DNA of 64,000 bases from Candidatus Shapirobacteria bacterium. GTDB taxonomy: Bacteria; Patescibacteriota; Microgenomatia; UBA12405. The notes beneath the pieces were generated by a model. The model was not told the DNA's origin, ran no database searches, and was given only the letters and a program-made list of their open reading frames with translations. The DNA lies in NCBI GenBank assembly GCA_030698565.1, contig JAUYJS010000003.1, positions 76,187-140,186 on the forward strand. Reading direction: 5' to 3'. Shown here piece by piece: positions 1 through 9,843 of this stretch. The position numbers were made by a program, and so were the translations under genes. Each line of letters opens with the position of its first letter. Within the stretch, counting starts at the first letter, position 1.

Positions 1-1285
1 TCAATAAAGTTAAATTACACTTTACTCCTTTATTGGCAATAATATTTGTCATCTGATTCACCTGCAACGGTGTTACATCCAAGTCTCCCTGTCCTATGGA
101 CATATGATAAGTATTACCCAAAAACCATTTTTCACCCTTATTTTCCAATTTCCATTTTTCATCCGGCACCAATCCGGTCACTTCATTTGACAACTCAATT
201 CCAGTCTTTACTCCATAACCATATTTATCCGCCCAGGTTTTTATTCGATCCACCCCCAAAGCCTCGCCTAATTTATAAAAATAAATATCATTCGACCTCT
301 TAATTGCCTTGGTAATATCCACCATACCATCGGTACCGCCATTTTTAGTCCATTGCCAGTTAGAATAAGAATATTCACCCACCTTTATAATTCCCGTATC
401 CTCATAAGTGCTATTTTTATCAATCACCCCAGATTCCAAGCCAGCCGTTGCCATCACAATTTTAAAAACCGATCCCGGATGATATTTGCCAGCCACAGCT
501 CGATTTAAAAGAGGTAGTCCAATACTATCTCCCAAATAACTATTTATGGCATTATTATCCTGACTAAAAGAAAATACATTTGGATCAAAAGCCGGCGATG
601 ATACTAAGCTAATTATTTTCCCCGTCTTCGGTTCACTCATTATTACCACTGCTTTTCTGCCACCAAGTAGTTTATAAATTTTATCCTGCCAGTAGGCATC
701 AATACTCAAATTAATACTTTTCCCCTGTTCCGGTTCTTGTCTCCCCAACTCCCGCAAATATTTTCCCTTGGCATCCACTTCAATCAATCTTTTTCCATCC
801 ACGCCTCGTAAATCACAATCAAAAAATTCTTCAATTCCACCTCGACCAACCACTTCATCTTTTTGTAACTTATTTTGACAATTATTATCTTTTATATCCG
901 AATCTGCCACCTTTCCTACATAACCGCTCACAAATGCCAAAGCTTCTCCATACGGATAATGTCTTTTTAATTCATACGCCAAGTCTTTACCTTCAAATTT
1001 ATATCCATCAAAATCTCCCGCGTCTTGGTACAGCTTATTCCCATTATCCATCTTAAAATACTGATACACACTCTTGTCAATTATTCTCCCTTTTCTATCA
1101 TAAATAACTCCTCTCCCTGCTGGAATCATACTTTCCATTATCCGATTATCCCTAGCCATTGCCTGATAATATTTTTGTTTTATAATTGTTAATTTAAAAG
1201 CCCCAGAAAATAATAGTCCAAAACTTACCACCAAACTCCATCTCAATAACCAATATTTTCCTAAATCTTCGCCTACTTCATTCAT
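1..1285 (-). CDS. mrdA: Penicillin-binding protein 2 (transpeptidase), N-terminal part. The gene runs off the window start.
   Basis: Reverse-strand ATG at 1285-1283 lies immediately after the mreB stop. The translation begins MNEVGEDLGKYWLLRWSLVV..., then a TM segment, a PBP dimerisation region and a transpeptidase-like region (GRGGIEE, SVFKIV). There is no stop before position 1, which is why it is absent from the ORF track. Confidence 0.65.
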   Translation of the reverse strand, partial: MNEVGEDLGKYWLLRWSLVVSFGLLFSGAFKLTIIKQKYYQAMARDNRIMESMIPAGRGVIYDRKGRIIDKSVYQYFKMDNGNKLYQDAGDFDGYKFEGKDLAYELKRHYPYGEALAFVSGYVGKVADSDIKDNNCQNKLQKDEVVGRGGIEEFFDCDLRGVDGKRLIEVDAKGKYLRELGRQEPEQGKSINLSIDAYWQDKIYKLLGGRKAVVIMSEPKTGKIISLVSSPAFDPNVFSFSQDNNAINSYLGDSIGLPLLNRAVAGKYHPGSVFKIVMATAGLESGVIDKNSTYEDTGIIKVGEYSYSNWQWTKNGGTDGMVDITKAIKRSNDIYFYKLGEALGVDRIKTWADKYGYGVKTGIELSNEVTGLVPDEKWKLENKGEKWFLGNTYHMSIGQGDLDVTPLQVNQMTNIIANKGVKCNLTLL

Positions 1286-1286
1286 A

Positions 1287-2405
1287 CTAGCATCGGGTAA
1301 TTAATTTAATTTGACCCAACAAATCATGATTTTGAATCAATTCACCACATCCCCTAATCACACACAAACCAGCTTCATCCGCCACTCGTGTGGTAATTTT
1401 AGTTTCCGCTTCAATTAAGCGGTCTAAGCCTTTGATTTTAGCTCCATTACCCACCAGAATTATTCCTTTTTTCAATATATCATCCATAAGTTCCGGCGGG
1501 GCCTCGTCTAAAACCGCCGATACTAATTTTATAATTTTAGACACATCCATAGATATTGCCTCTCTAATTTCTGCTTCTGTTATTTTTATGCTTTTTGGCA
1601 ATCCCTTCTCCAAATCTCGTCCTCGTATAATAGTTGTTTTACCTTCATTTTTACTATTTTCCCACACATTACCGATTTCAATTTTAATTTTTTCAGCACT
1701 ATTTTGACCGATTAAAAGACCATATTTCATTTTAATATAATTGACAATGCTTAAATCAAACTCAATGCCAGCTACTTTTATTCCCTTACCCACCACCACT
1801 CCTCCCATCGAAATAACACTCACTTCTGTTTTACCTCCACCAATATCTACAACTATTAATCCAGAAGAACTATGAACCGGTAAACCCACACCAACTGCTG
1901 CTAAAACAGCTTCTTCCACCAAAGTCACTTCTCTAGCCCCAGCATTTAAAAAAATTGATTTTACTGCCCTTTTTTGGACTTGATTAATACTACTAGGCAC
2001 TCCCACTATTACTTTTGATTTTAAAATTTTAGGATATTTACTGGGAATTTCTTGAATCAATTTTAAATAATAAGAAATCAAATCTTGCACCGCTTCCAAA
2101 TCAGAAATTATTCCATTTTTAATTGGACTAATAACTTCAATTTGCACTGGTTCTTTATTGAACATTTCTTTGGCCTTGGTACCAAAAGCAATCGGTGTCA
2201 AAATTTTTGATTTAGGTGCCGACAACCCCGTCCACCTCTTTTTTTTCTGTCGCGAGATCATTGACGGTTCATCCACCACCACCCCTTTATCTTTAAGATA
2301 AACCAAAATATTACTACTCCCCAAGTCCACTCCAATGTCCCAACTCAAAAATGAAAGCGCTTTTCTATATTTTTCATTTAACCAAGATGTTTTCATCAAT
2401 TTCAA
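1287..2405 (-). CDS. mreB: Rod-shape-determining actin-like protein MreB
   Basis: 372 aa with DLGSSNILVY (MreB DLGTANT motif), the GGG.TE phosphate loop and overall actin/Hsp70 fold signatures. Confidence 0.9.
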   Translation of the reverse strand: MKLMKTSWLNEKYRKALSFLSWDIGVDLGSSNILVYLKDKGVVVDEPSMISRQKKKRWTGLSAPKSKILTPIAFGTKAKEMFNKEPVQIEVISPIKNGIISDLEAVQDLISYYLKLIQEIPSKYPKILKSKVIVGVPSSINQVQKRAVKSIFLNAGAREVTLVEEAVLAAVGVGLPVHSSSGLIVVDIGGGKTEVSVISMGGVVVGKGIKVAGIEFDLSIVNYIKMKYGLLIGQNSAEKIKIEIGNVWENSKNEGKTTIIRGRDLEKGLPKSIKITEAEIREAISMDVSKIIKLVSAVLDEAPPELMDDILKKGIILVGNGAKIKGLDRLIEAETKITTRVADEAGLCVIRGCGELIQNHDLLGQIKLITRC

Positions 2406-2422
2406 ATTATACTACTACTATG

Positions 2423-4408
2423 AAATCAATTTCTGGAATTATTAAATTTGGCTTTCTATTTTTGTTATTTTTTACGCCCTTAATTTTTACCTCCTTCAAC
2501 TCCGAGCTATTCGAATTGCCCAAAATGTATTTTGTTTATTTAATTACTCTAATTATTCTAACTTTACATTTAATCAATTTTTTTCAAAATAAATCCAAAC
2601 TATTATCCACCAATCTTCTTGTTTTACCTCTTTTTCTTTTTTTACTGTCCCAAGGTATTTCCACATATTTTTCCGTCGACCAGCATACCTCAATTTTTGG
2701 CTATTACTCTCGTCTCAACGGCGGTTTACTTTCACTGATCTCTTATATAATTCTTTTTTTAATTTTAACTGTTTATATCGATAAGCCTTTTATTCAAAAA
2801 ATTATCAATGTTTCCCTTATTTCCGGATTAATCGTTTCTATTTATGCCATTGCCGAACATTTTGGTATCGATAAAGATATTTGGCTTCAAGATGTCCAAA
2901 ACCGAGTCTTCTCCACTTTCGGTCAACCCAACTGGTTAGCCGCTTACCTTTGCATTTTGATTCCCATTGGTTTGGCTCAATCTGTTGAATATTTCTATAA
3001 AAAAAATAAAATTTTATTTTTAATTTATGATCTATCGGCTATCATTTTTTTTCTAGCTTTACTTTTTACAAAATCTAAATCCGGTATTATCGCCGCCATT
3101 ATTTCTCTAGGTTTATTTTTTATTTTAAGTTTTCTCAAAAACAAAAAGTCTCTAAAATTATTAATTCTTAATTCTTCATTATTAATTCTTTTCTCATTAT
3201 CAATCAACAATCCCATCAAAGATCTCCTATTTCCCCAAAAACTAAAGATTGCAGATTCTAAAATTGAAAATTTAAATATTACTCCCTCCGAAGATATCCG
3301 AAAAATTGTCTGGAAAGGAGCCTTAGAACTTTGGCAAAAATTTCCTCTATTTGGTACTGGAGTTGAAACTTTTGCCTATTCCTATTACTGGACCCGACCC
3401 GCCGAGCACAACTTAACTTCCGAATGGGATTTCCTTTACAACAAAGCTCATAACGAATATATTAACTACTTGGCCACCACGGGTGCCCTTGGCTTACTCA
3501 CCTACTCTATTTTCATCGGTGCCATTCTCCTCTTATTTGTTAAAACCATATTAAAAGATAAAGATAATATCTATTTAAATTTAGGTTTATTAACCGCTTT
3601 TATTTCCATTTTAATTACCAATATTGCCGGATTTTCGGTCGTTGTTATATCTCTTTATTTTTTCTTACTTCCAGTATTAATCTCCAAAGATAAATCCAGT
3701 TTTATATTTTCTTTTAATTTCCCTAAATTTATTTCGGCTACCAGTTCTATTGTCATTATAATAGTAGCTTTATTCCTTGGTCAAAAAACTCTTTTCTTTT
3801 ACCTGGCTGACATTACTTATGCCCAAGCTTCTGAATATGACGATCAAAATAAATATAATTTAGCCTATGAACGAATCCAAGAAAGTATTGCCTACAGAAA
3901 TGACGAACCTGTTTATTTAGATAAAGCTTCTTCAGTTACAGCCAAAATGGCTCTTGTCGCTCACAGTCAAAAGAATGACGCCTTAACTCAAAAATATATT
4001 TACGAAACCGAAAATTATTCTAATCAAGCCTTACTTATATCTCCCGCCAATATTAATTTCTGGAAAGAAAGAGCTCAAAGTTATTATTATCTTTCCAGTA
4101 TTGACCCAAAATACTTTCAAAATGCCATAACCGCCCTATCCAAAGCCACAATATTAGCCCCAACAGATGCCAAATCATTTTATTTATTAGGTAAATTTTT
4201 GCAAACAGCCAATCTATCCGACAAAGCCATTCCTTTTTACCAAAAAGCAATTGAACTCAAGTTTAATTACGATTATGCTTATTTTGATTTAGCCAAAATA
4301 TATTTCGATTCTAAAAACTATTCCGAAGCCAAAAAGTATTTTCAAATGGTCTTAAAATATGCTCCTGACAGCCAGGAAAGTAAAGATTATTTAAATAAAA
4401 TTAAGTAA
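2423..4408 (+). CDS. Polytopic membrane protein with an O-antigen ligase (Wzy_C)-like domain and C-terminal TPR repeats
   Basis: Multi-TM N-terminus, then WKGALELWQKFPLFGTGVETF...NKAHNEYINYLATTGALGL (O-antigen ligase/Wzy_C signature), then TPR-like repeats (AIPFYQKAIELKFNYDYAYFDLAKIYF). The start at 2423 is preferred over 2351, which overlaps mreB. Confidence 0.55.
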   Translation, partial: KSISGIIKFGFLFLLFFTPLIFTSFNSELFELPKMYFVYLITLIILTLHLINFFQNKSKLLSTNLLVLPLFLFLLSQGISTYFSVDQHTSIFGYYSRLNGGLLSLISYIILFLILTVYIDKPFIQKIINVSLISGLIVSIYAIAEHFGIDKDIWLQDVQNRVFSTFGQPNWLAAYLCILIPIGLAQSVEYFYKKNKILFLIYDLSAIIFFLALLFTKSKSGIIAAIISLGLFFILSFLKNKKSLKLLILNSSLLILFSLSINNPIKDLLFPQKLKIADSKIENLNITPSEDIRKIVWKGALELWQKFPLFGTGVETFAYSYYWTRPAEHNLTSEWDFLYNKAHNEYINYLATTGALGLLTYSIFIGAILLLFVKTILKDKDNIYLNLGLLTAFISILITNIAGFSVVVISLYFFLLPVLISKDKSSFIFSFNFPKFISATSSIVIIIVALFLGQKTLFFYLADITYAQASEYDDQNKYNLAYERIQESIAYRNDEPVYLDKASSVTAKMALVAHSQKNDALTQKYIYETENYSNQALLISPANINFWKERAQSYYYLSSIDPKYFQNAITALSKATILAPTDAKSFYLLGKFLQTANLSDKAIPFYQKAIELKFNYDYAYFDLAKIYFDSKNYSEAKKYFQMVLKYAPDSQESKDYLNKIK

Positions 4409-4964
4409 ATTTAATCTTATCCACATTCCACTTCGCCATTTTTTCTCCCATCGCTTTAAAAAATTTACCCCCATCTTCTTTGACTCGGTCAATAAACAAA
4501 ACTCCATTTAGATGATCTAACTCGTGTTGATAAACCACTGCATTTAAACCGGTCAAAATTCCTTTTTTATTCACAAATTTTCCGTTTTCCATTTCTTGCC
4601 ACTTCACCGCAATTTTAAAATATCTCTGCAGGGTTCCATAATAATCAGGAAACGACAAACAGCCTTCCAAAAAATCTTCCTCCTTACCCTTGTCATTAAC
4701 TATCTTTAAAAATTCTTTGCGACCAAAAATTTTTTTAATTTCCGGATTAACATATACATTCACTATCTTTTTTTTACTATCTTTAATTCCAAAAAATCTT
4801 CTTTTCAATCCTATTTGAGGTGCCGCCAACCCCACTCCTATTTCCGTACTTTCTAGCACTTCAATTAGGCTTTTAATATCAGTTTCCAATTTAGAATCCA
4901 CCTCTTTTATTTCTTCCGTTTTTATCCTTAAAATTTCGTTAGGATAAATGACTATCTTTTTCAT
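4401..4964 (-). CDS. def: Peptide deformylase
   Basis: GVGLAAPQIG, EGCLSFP and HELDHLNG motifs. Confidence 0.9.
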   Translation of the reverse strand: MKKIVIYPNEILRIKTEEIKEVDSKLETDIKSLIEVLESTEIGVGLAAPQIGLKRRFFGIKDSKKKIVNVYVNPEIKKIFGRKEFLKIVNDKGKEEDFLEGCLSFPDYYGTLQRYFKIAVKWQEMENGKFVNKKGILTGLNAVVYQHELDHLNGVLFIDRVKEDGGKFFKAMGEKMAKWNVDKIKFT

Positions 4965-5014
4965 CCCTATATTTTATCAAATGCCATTGATTTTAAGTTA
5001 TAATTTCAATTAAC

Positions 5015-5878
5015 ATGATTAGAACAGTTTTCTTCGGATCTTCCGAATATTCCATTATTATTCTTCAAAGTCTTCTTAAAGCCGACAATTTTGAGGTAGT
5101 CACTGTCGTTAGTAAAGAAGACAAACCTACCGGTCGCCAACAAATTATTACTCCAAACCCCATGGCTAAATTTGCCAAGGAAAATAATTTAAACTTACTT
5201 CAACCCGCCAATTTTACTCCAGATTTTATTGATAAATTCAAAAAATTAGATCCTGATTTAGGTATAGTTGTTGCTTACGGCCCACCCTATTTTACAAAAG
5301 AAATGATCAACATCCCCATATTTAAAATCGTCAATATTCATCCATCACCTCTACCCAAATACCGCGGCGCCACACCTGGTCCCTGGCAAATAATTAATGG
5401 CGAAACTGAAAGTGCTGTTTCTTTTTTTCAAATCGACGCCCTACCCGATCATGGCTCCTTAATCGCCCAAATCCCTTTTAAAATCGAACCAAATGAAACC
5501 GCTCAGACTTTTTATAACAAGGCTTTTAATTTAGCTGCTTCAAATCTAGACTCTATTTTAGCTAAATATATTAACAATCCAAACGAACTAATTATCCAAG
5601 ATCATAGTCAAAAAACTTATTTTCCAAAATTTACCAAAGAATCAGCCCAAATCGACTGGTCTTGGTCAATACAAAAGATTGAAAGATTTATTCGAGCCCT
5701 AAGTCTTTGGCCAATTGCCTGGACTTACGTTGAAAACCAATTTCATCAAAAACTAAAAATGAAAATTTATTCATCTATATTAGACAAAGAAAATTTAGTA
5801 CCCAAAGACGTTCAAGTTGAAGGAAAAAAAATTACTTCATGGCGAGATATAAGCCAATATTATATTATCTTGAAGTAA
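5015..5878 (+). CDS. fmt: Methionyl-tRNA formyltransferase
   Basis: N-terminal formyltransferase domain with NIHPSPLPKYRGATP. Adjacent to def in the classic arrangement. Confidence 0.88.
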   Translation: MIRTVFFGSSEYSIIILQSLLKADNFEVVTVVSKEDKPTGRQQIITPNPMAKFAKENNLNLLQPANFTPDFIDKFKKLDPDLGIVVAYGPPYFTKEMINIPIFKIVNIHPSPLPKYRGATPGPWQIINGETESAVSFFQIDALPDHGSLIAQIPFKIEPNETAQTFYNKAFNLAASNLDSILAKYINNPNELIIQDHSQKTYFPKFTKESAQIDWSWSIQKIERFIRALSLWPIAWTYVENQFHQKLKMKIYSSILDKENLVPKDVQVEGKKITSWRDISQYYIILK

Positions 5879-5964
5879 AACTAGCTTCGGTCTCTATTCT
5901 TTAATTTTCTGTTTTTTTTGTATTCCAACCAACAAATTTCAACCATAAAATCGGCTATTTATTT

Positions 5965-5998
5965 TTTGACATTACCAAGCGAAAAATATTTAATTAAT
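5965..5998 (+). promoter_or_regulatory. Sigma70-like promoter (TTGACA-17-TTTAAT) plus a strong SD (AAGGAGG) driving the tiny ORF at 6015
   Basis: ttgacattaccaagcgaaaaatatttaat, followed by aaggagg 7 nt before the ATG. Confidence 0.45.
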
Positions 5999-6014
5999 TA
6001 AAGGAGGAAATAAT

Positions 6015-6083
6015 ATGGCAACAAAGAAAAAAACAGTCAAAAAAGCTAAGAAAAAAACAGTCAAAAAAGCTAAGAAAAAATAA
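6015..6083 (+). CDS. Tiny lysine-rich peptide (22 aa, MATKKKTVKKAKKKTVKKAKKK) encoded by a perfect 24-bp tandem duplication
   Basis: Strong SD and consensus promoter. Contains acagtcaaaaaagctaagaaaaaa twice. Not in the ORF track because it is under 60 aa. Confidence 0.35.
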   Translation: MATKKKTVKKAKKKTVKKAKKK

Positions 6084-6105
6084 ATAATCAAAGCTTTGAT
6101 TAGTC

Positions 6106-6134
6106 AAAAAACGGCGCCATTCGGCCCGTTTTTT
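6106..6134. terminator. Bidirectional intrinsic terminator between the tiny ORF and rpmB
   Basis: aaaaacggcgcc-attc-ggcccgtttttt hairpin flanked by an A-run and a T-run. Confidence 0.5.
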
Positions 6135-6139
6135 GTGTT

Positions 6140-6340
6140 CTAGGCTTTTACTATTTCCTTAGCTTCGTTTTTCATTTTCTTTAGGCATTTAGTACAAAAC
6201 TTACCGCTGATTTTTTCCTCACCTACAACCAGCGTAACCTTTTGAATGTTAGCCATATAAGTTCTTGGTGTTCGATTTTGTGCGTGGGATCGGATACGAC
6301 CAATTCTGGTTCCTTTTCCACATAGTGTACATGTTCTCAT
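6140..6340 (-). CDS. rpmB: 50S ribosomal protein L28
   Basis: 66 aa, MRTCTLCGKGTRIGRIRSHAQNRTPR: the L28 C-x-x-C-G-K and SHA-N-T-R pattern. Confidence 0.8.
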   Translation of the reverse strand: MRTCTLCGKGTRIGRIRSHAQNRTPRTYMANIQKVTLVVGEEKISGKFCTKCLKKMKNEAKEIVKA

Positions 6341-6377
6341 ACGGGGTATAATAACAAAACATTAGCCTTTTTAAAAC

Positions 6378-6995
6378 ATGGTAAACATTTTATTCCTATT
6401 TTTTCTTATTATTGCGATTACCATCCATGAATTTTCCCACGCACTAGTCGCTGATTTTCTAGGCGACCCAACTCCTCGTTCTCATGGCCGTTTAACTTTA
6501 AATCCCATGGCTCATGCTGATTTATTTGGCACTATTCTTCTACCCCTTTTAAGTGCTCTTACAGGCATTCCTACTATCGGTTGGGCCAAACCAGTCCCAA
6601 TTGATCCTTACAATTTAGCTAATCCAAGAAGAGACGAATTTTTTATAGCTGCCGCTGGACCATTAAGCAATTTATTACTAGCTATAATCCTTTCTTTGGT
6701 GGTTCGTTTTTCAGGCATTAATAGCGATATTTTATCTATTGCTATTTTAATAAATATTTCCTTGGCTGTTTTCAACCTTATTCCTATTCCACCTCTTGAC
6801 GGTTCAAAAATTTTCTTCAATTTAATACCCGACTCTGAATCTTCATTGCAATGGCAAAAAACGTTAGATCAATACGGTTTTATTATCCTATTAGTATTAC
6901 TTTTTGTTCCTTTTGGTAATTCCAGTTTACTGAGATTAATTATGTCACCTATCATTCACGGATTCAGTAACCTCCTAATTCCAGCTCGTTTTTAA
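6378..6995 (+). CDS. Membrane zinc metalloprotease (site-2 protease/M50-like, HExxH)
   Basis: HEFSHAL motif in the first TM, a downstream LTLNP...D loop, and multiple TM segments. Confidence 0.55.
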   Translation: MVNILFLFFLIIAITIHEFSHALVADFLGDPTPRSHGRLTLNPMAHADLFGTILLPLLSALTGIPTIGWAKPVPIDPYNLANPRRDEFFIAAAGPLSNLLLAIILSLVVRFSGINSDILSIAILINISLAVFNLIPIPPLDGSKIFFNLIPDSESSLQWQKTLDQYGFIILLVLLFVPFGNSSLLRLIMSPIIHGFSNLLIPARF

Positions 6996-7211
6996 TTATT
7001 TTTTGTCAATCAATTCGTTTAAGTTTTCGACCATTATTTTAATATCGTTTTCGTCCATGCCATGCGCCATCCCCCCTTGTTCTAATGTTTCCATCGCCGA
7101 TGCAAAACAACTAAAACAATGCAAACCATAATCCTCCATCAAAATATTGATTAAATCAGGATACGCTCCCACTAACTCCGAAATCAGCATTTCTTTATAT
7201 ATTTTTTTCAT
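6996..7211 (-). CDS. DUF1858-like small redox-disulfide domain protein
   Basis: 71 aa with the CFSCFASAMETLEQG pattern typical of the hybrid-cluster-associated disulfide domain. Confidence 0.45.
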   Translation of the reverse strand: MKKIYKEMLISELVGAYPDLINILMEDYGLHCFSCFASAMETLEQGGMAHGMDENDIKIMVENLNELIDKK

Positions 7212-7597
7212 ATTTCACTTAATTTAACTTTTTTCATTTCATTAAACATGCCTATTTCTATTCGGTTCCAAATACTCGCAATAGCACAAACATTTAATCT
7301 TTTACATCCCTTGTCCGACAAACATTCAACCAAATGCTTGTTTTCTCCCAAAGCTTCAACCAAATCATAAAGACTTTTATTTTTAAAATCTGCCGCCAAA
7401 AAATAACCACCCATCTTCCCCTCTTTGCTTTCTACAATACCGCTCGATCGTAAAAAAGAGGCTATTTGTCCCAGGAATCTATAGGGTAACACTAACTTTT
7501 CTGCCGCACTAGTCAAAGACACAATCTCTCCCTGTCTTTTGGACAAATATGATATAAAAATTATGCTATATTCGATTTTTTTTGATATGCTGATCAT
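7208..7597 (-). CDS. Rrf2-family (IscR-like) transcriptional regulator with three Cys
   Basis: N-terminal wHTH (YRFLGQIASFLRSSGIVESKEG) and a C-x5-C-x5-C cluster (CLSDKGCKRLNVC). Confidence 0.7.
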   Translation of the reverse strand: MISISKKIEYSIIFISYLSKRQGEIVSLTSAAEKLVLPYRFLGQIASFLRSSGIVESKEGKMGGYFLAADFKNKSLYDLVEALGENKHLVECLSDKGCKRLNVCAIASIWNRIEIGMFNEMKKVKLSEI

Positions 7598-7770
7598 GGT
7601 ACAATTATATATCCTACCAAAAGTGTAGTTTTGAGAAGGTGTTTTTTCTAACTAAACTTCTATATTGGGGGGCGCGTCTTTTGAAACCTTGGTTTTAAGA
7701 GTAGTTCTCCACCACGTGCTTTTTAGCATGGAAAAGCCACTATTGAAACGAACTTTTGGTGGGATTTCTT

Positions 7771-8910
7771 TTATATACTGTTCGCCTTTTCCCAAACCAA
7801 TTCCAAACTTTTACTATTATTTATCGCCTCTTTTTCAATCGTTTCCTTAAATTTGTCTTTAAATAACGACGGATTTTTAATATATCTTGCTAAAAATTCC
7901 GATGCCAATCCATTCTTTTCCTTAATCCAACCCAATTTTTTCCGTTTAATTAAAACTAAATTACCGTCTTCCTGACCTCCAATATGGGTGATAGCTACAA
8001 ACGGCTTTTCAGTTGCTACTACATCAAACAAAAAATTTGGACCAGCTTTACCAAAAACTATATCGCAAGCAGACAAAACTTCGGCCATATTATCAATCCA
8101 ACCCAAATTTTTAATCACCACCAAGTCATCTTTTCTAAGTTTTTTAAATAATTTAATAAATTCCTGAACCATGTTATAGCCTAATTTGTCAGTACCGGTA
8201 TTGAATACCACCCCAACCTTGTTTTTAACCAACATTAGTATTGGTAAAATACGTGTCAAAGAATTAGTCCCCAAACTACCACCACCTACAAAAATTACTG
8301 GCCGATCATCGTTGAATCCAAGTTTTTTTCTTGATTTTTCTCTGTCATATTTGGTATACATTTCTGGTCTCACCCACCAACCAGTTTTTAAAATTTTATC
8401 GCATTCTATACCATATTTTTGTGCCATTTTTTCAGCCACCTCATCATATACCAAACTTAAATCCGCTCCTTTTACAAAAGTGATCGGATTTACTGTCCAT
8501 GGATCAGCCACAATATTCCACAGTTTAAACTTCTGATTTGTTTTTTCGCGCAATTTAACCAAAGAATGACTATGGAAGAAATAAGCTGAAATTATTAGAT
8601 CTGGCTTAAGTTTTTCTACATTTTTTTTTAATTTTGGTAAATTCATTACAGAAATTTCTTCTACAAATCCTCTTGCTGTTTTGTTCTCAAAAAACCGATG
8701 AGCTATTCTATTGGACGAGGGCATATATCTATATATAAAAGAATATAAATCCCCCGCCAGTCCTATATTTGGCTCAACTTCTTCGTAATAAACTTTGTAG
8801 TTCGATTCTTTTTCTTTGTTTTTAAGATATCCGTACACCGCCTTAGCAATCGACCTATGCCCCCAGGGCATATGATCAGTCAAAACCAAAACTTTTTTCT
8901 TCGGTGTCAT
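7771..8910 (-). CDS. Glycosyltransferase, MGDG-synthase/UgtP/MurG-like (GT28 family)
   Basis: N-terminal LVLTDHMPWGHRS and a C-terminal UDP-sugar binding half (IFVGGGSLG...). Confidence 0.55.
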   Translation of the reverse strand: MTPKKKVLVLTDHMPWGHRSIAKAVYGYLKNKEKESNYKVYYEEVEPNIGLAGDLYSFIYRYMPSSNRIAHRFFENKTARGFVEEISVMNLPKLKKNVEKLKPDLIISAYFFHSHSLVKLREKTNQKFKLWNIVADPWTVNPITFVKGADLSLVYDEVAEKMAQKYGIECDKILKTGWWVRPEMYTKYDREKSRKKLGFNDDRPVIFVGGGSLGTNSLTRILPILMLVKNKVGVVFNTGTDKLGYNMVQEFIKLFKKLRKDDLVVIKNLGWIDNMAEVLSACDIVFGKAGPNFLFDVVATEKPFVAITHIGGQEDGNLVLIKRKKLGWIKEKNGLASEFLARYIKNPSLFKDKFKETIEKEAINNSKSLELVWEKANSI

Positions 8911-8971
8911 TGTAGTTGTTATTTTACCTCAAAATAAACCATTCCATACTTTGTTATAATTAACCGAATTT

Positions 8972-9047
8972 GCCTGAATAGCTCAGTTGGTAGAGCATCC
9001 CTCTTGTAAAGGGAAGGTCGTCAGTCCGAATCTGACTTCAGGCTCCA
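8972..9047 (+). tRNA. tRNA-Thr (anticodon UGU), CCA encoded
   Basis: Cloverleaf: acceptor gcctgaa/ttcaggc, D arm gctc-agttggta-gagc, anticodon arm tccct-cTTGTAa-aggga, T arm gtcag-ttcgaat-ctgac, discriminator T then CCA. Confidence 0.85.
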
Positions 9048-9084
9048 AAAAGTTTGCTAAAGCCTATGTTATAATCCCTCTTAC

Positions 9085-9837
9085 ATGACAGAAAGATTAA
9101 CCGGAGGATCGGAAATAAGTAGAACAATAGAGGGGGAAAGAACCTTCCCCACTCTAGATAATTTGCAAGAACATTTCATTAATTTATACGACAGAAGAAA
9201 CAATGTATATTTGCCAGGAAGAAATATCAGAATCGAACTCTTCTATCGTGGTGTGGCCGATTTAGTAGACGCCGTTAGAAAAGAAGCAAATGAATATAAT
9301 GTCGAAAACATGTTAGCTCGAGTAGTATCCAGGATTTTTTGTATTGCAAATGGCATTAATAATGTTTCTGTAGCAGAAGGTATGAGAATAAAATATCCTG
9401 CAAACGGATGTTTTTATTGTCATAACGTGCCATGCCAATGTCAAGAAAAAAGAAACGAGCCTGATACCACCCTTGATGTTAGTTCGGCCCAAAAAAACTG
9501 GAGTTTAAAAGATTGGCAAAAACACCTAAATAATCTTTATGGAGATAAGAACAAGAATCATGGCATCAGTTACATGCTCCTTAGATTGTCGTCTGAGATG
9601 GGAGAACTTATTACCGAAGAACATCAAGTTTCAAAAAGAATGATGGATGAAATTGAATCAGGCTACCAATTAGAACTTGCTGATTCATTAGCTTGGACGA
9701 TTGCTGTTGCTAATTTTCTCAATATTGATATTCAGCATGCTGTAGAAAGTCGATACAAAAATGGTTGTCAAAAATGTAGTCAACCTTCTTGTGTCTGTGG
9801 TCCCCACAGTTTTGATCAAATAAGATTTAATATTTAA
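9085..9837 (+). CDS. Hypothetical protein with a MazG-like NTP-pyrophosphohydrolase-type helical motif and two Cys-rich clusters
   Basis: LRLSSEMGELITEE...ELADSLAWTIAVANFLNID (MazG-like EExxE...D), plus CFYCHNVPCQCQ and CQKCSQPSCVCGP. Confidence 0.35.
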   Translation: MTERLTGGSEISRTIEGERTFPTLDNLQEHFINLYDRRNNVYLPGRNIRIELFYRGVADLVDAVRKEANEYNVENMLARVVSRIFCIANGINNVSVAEGMRIKYPANGCFYCHNVPCQCQEKRNEPDTTLDVSSAQKNWSLKDWQKHLNNLYGDKNKNHGISYMLLRLSSEMGELITEEHQVSKRMMDEIESGYQLELADSLAWTIAVANFLNIDIQHAVESRYKNGCQKCSQPSCVCGPHSFDQIRFNI

Positions 9838-9843
9838 TCCTAC

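Noticed and set aside
1390-1707. Plus-strand 105-aa ORF inside mreB, and similar antisense ORFs inside sufB/sufC, nrdJ (several), ddl, glyA, the AbiE genes and the transporter.
   Set aside because: They are embedded antisense in strongly supported conserved genes, with no motifs or translation signals.
7665-7850. Plus-strand 61-aa ORF in the 7600-7770 intergenic region.
   Set aside because: It overlaps the 5' end of the glycosyltransferase gene, is low-complexity with no SD, and the region is more likely a promoter region for the Rrf2 and GT genes.
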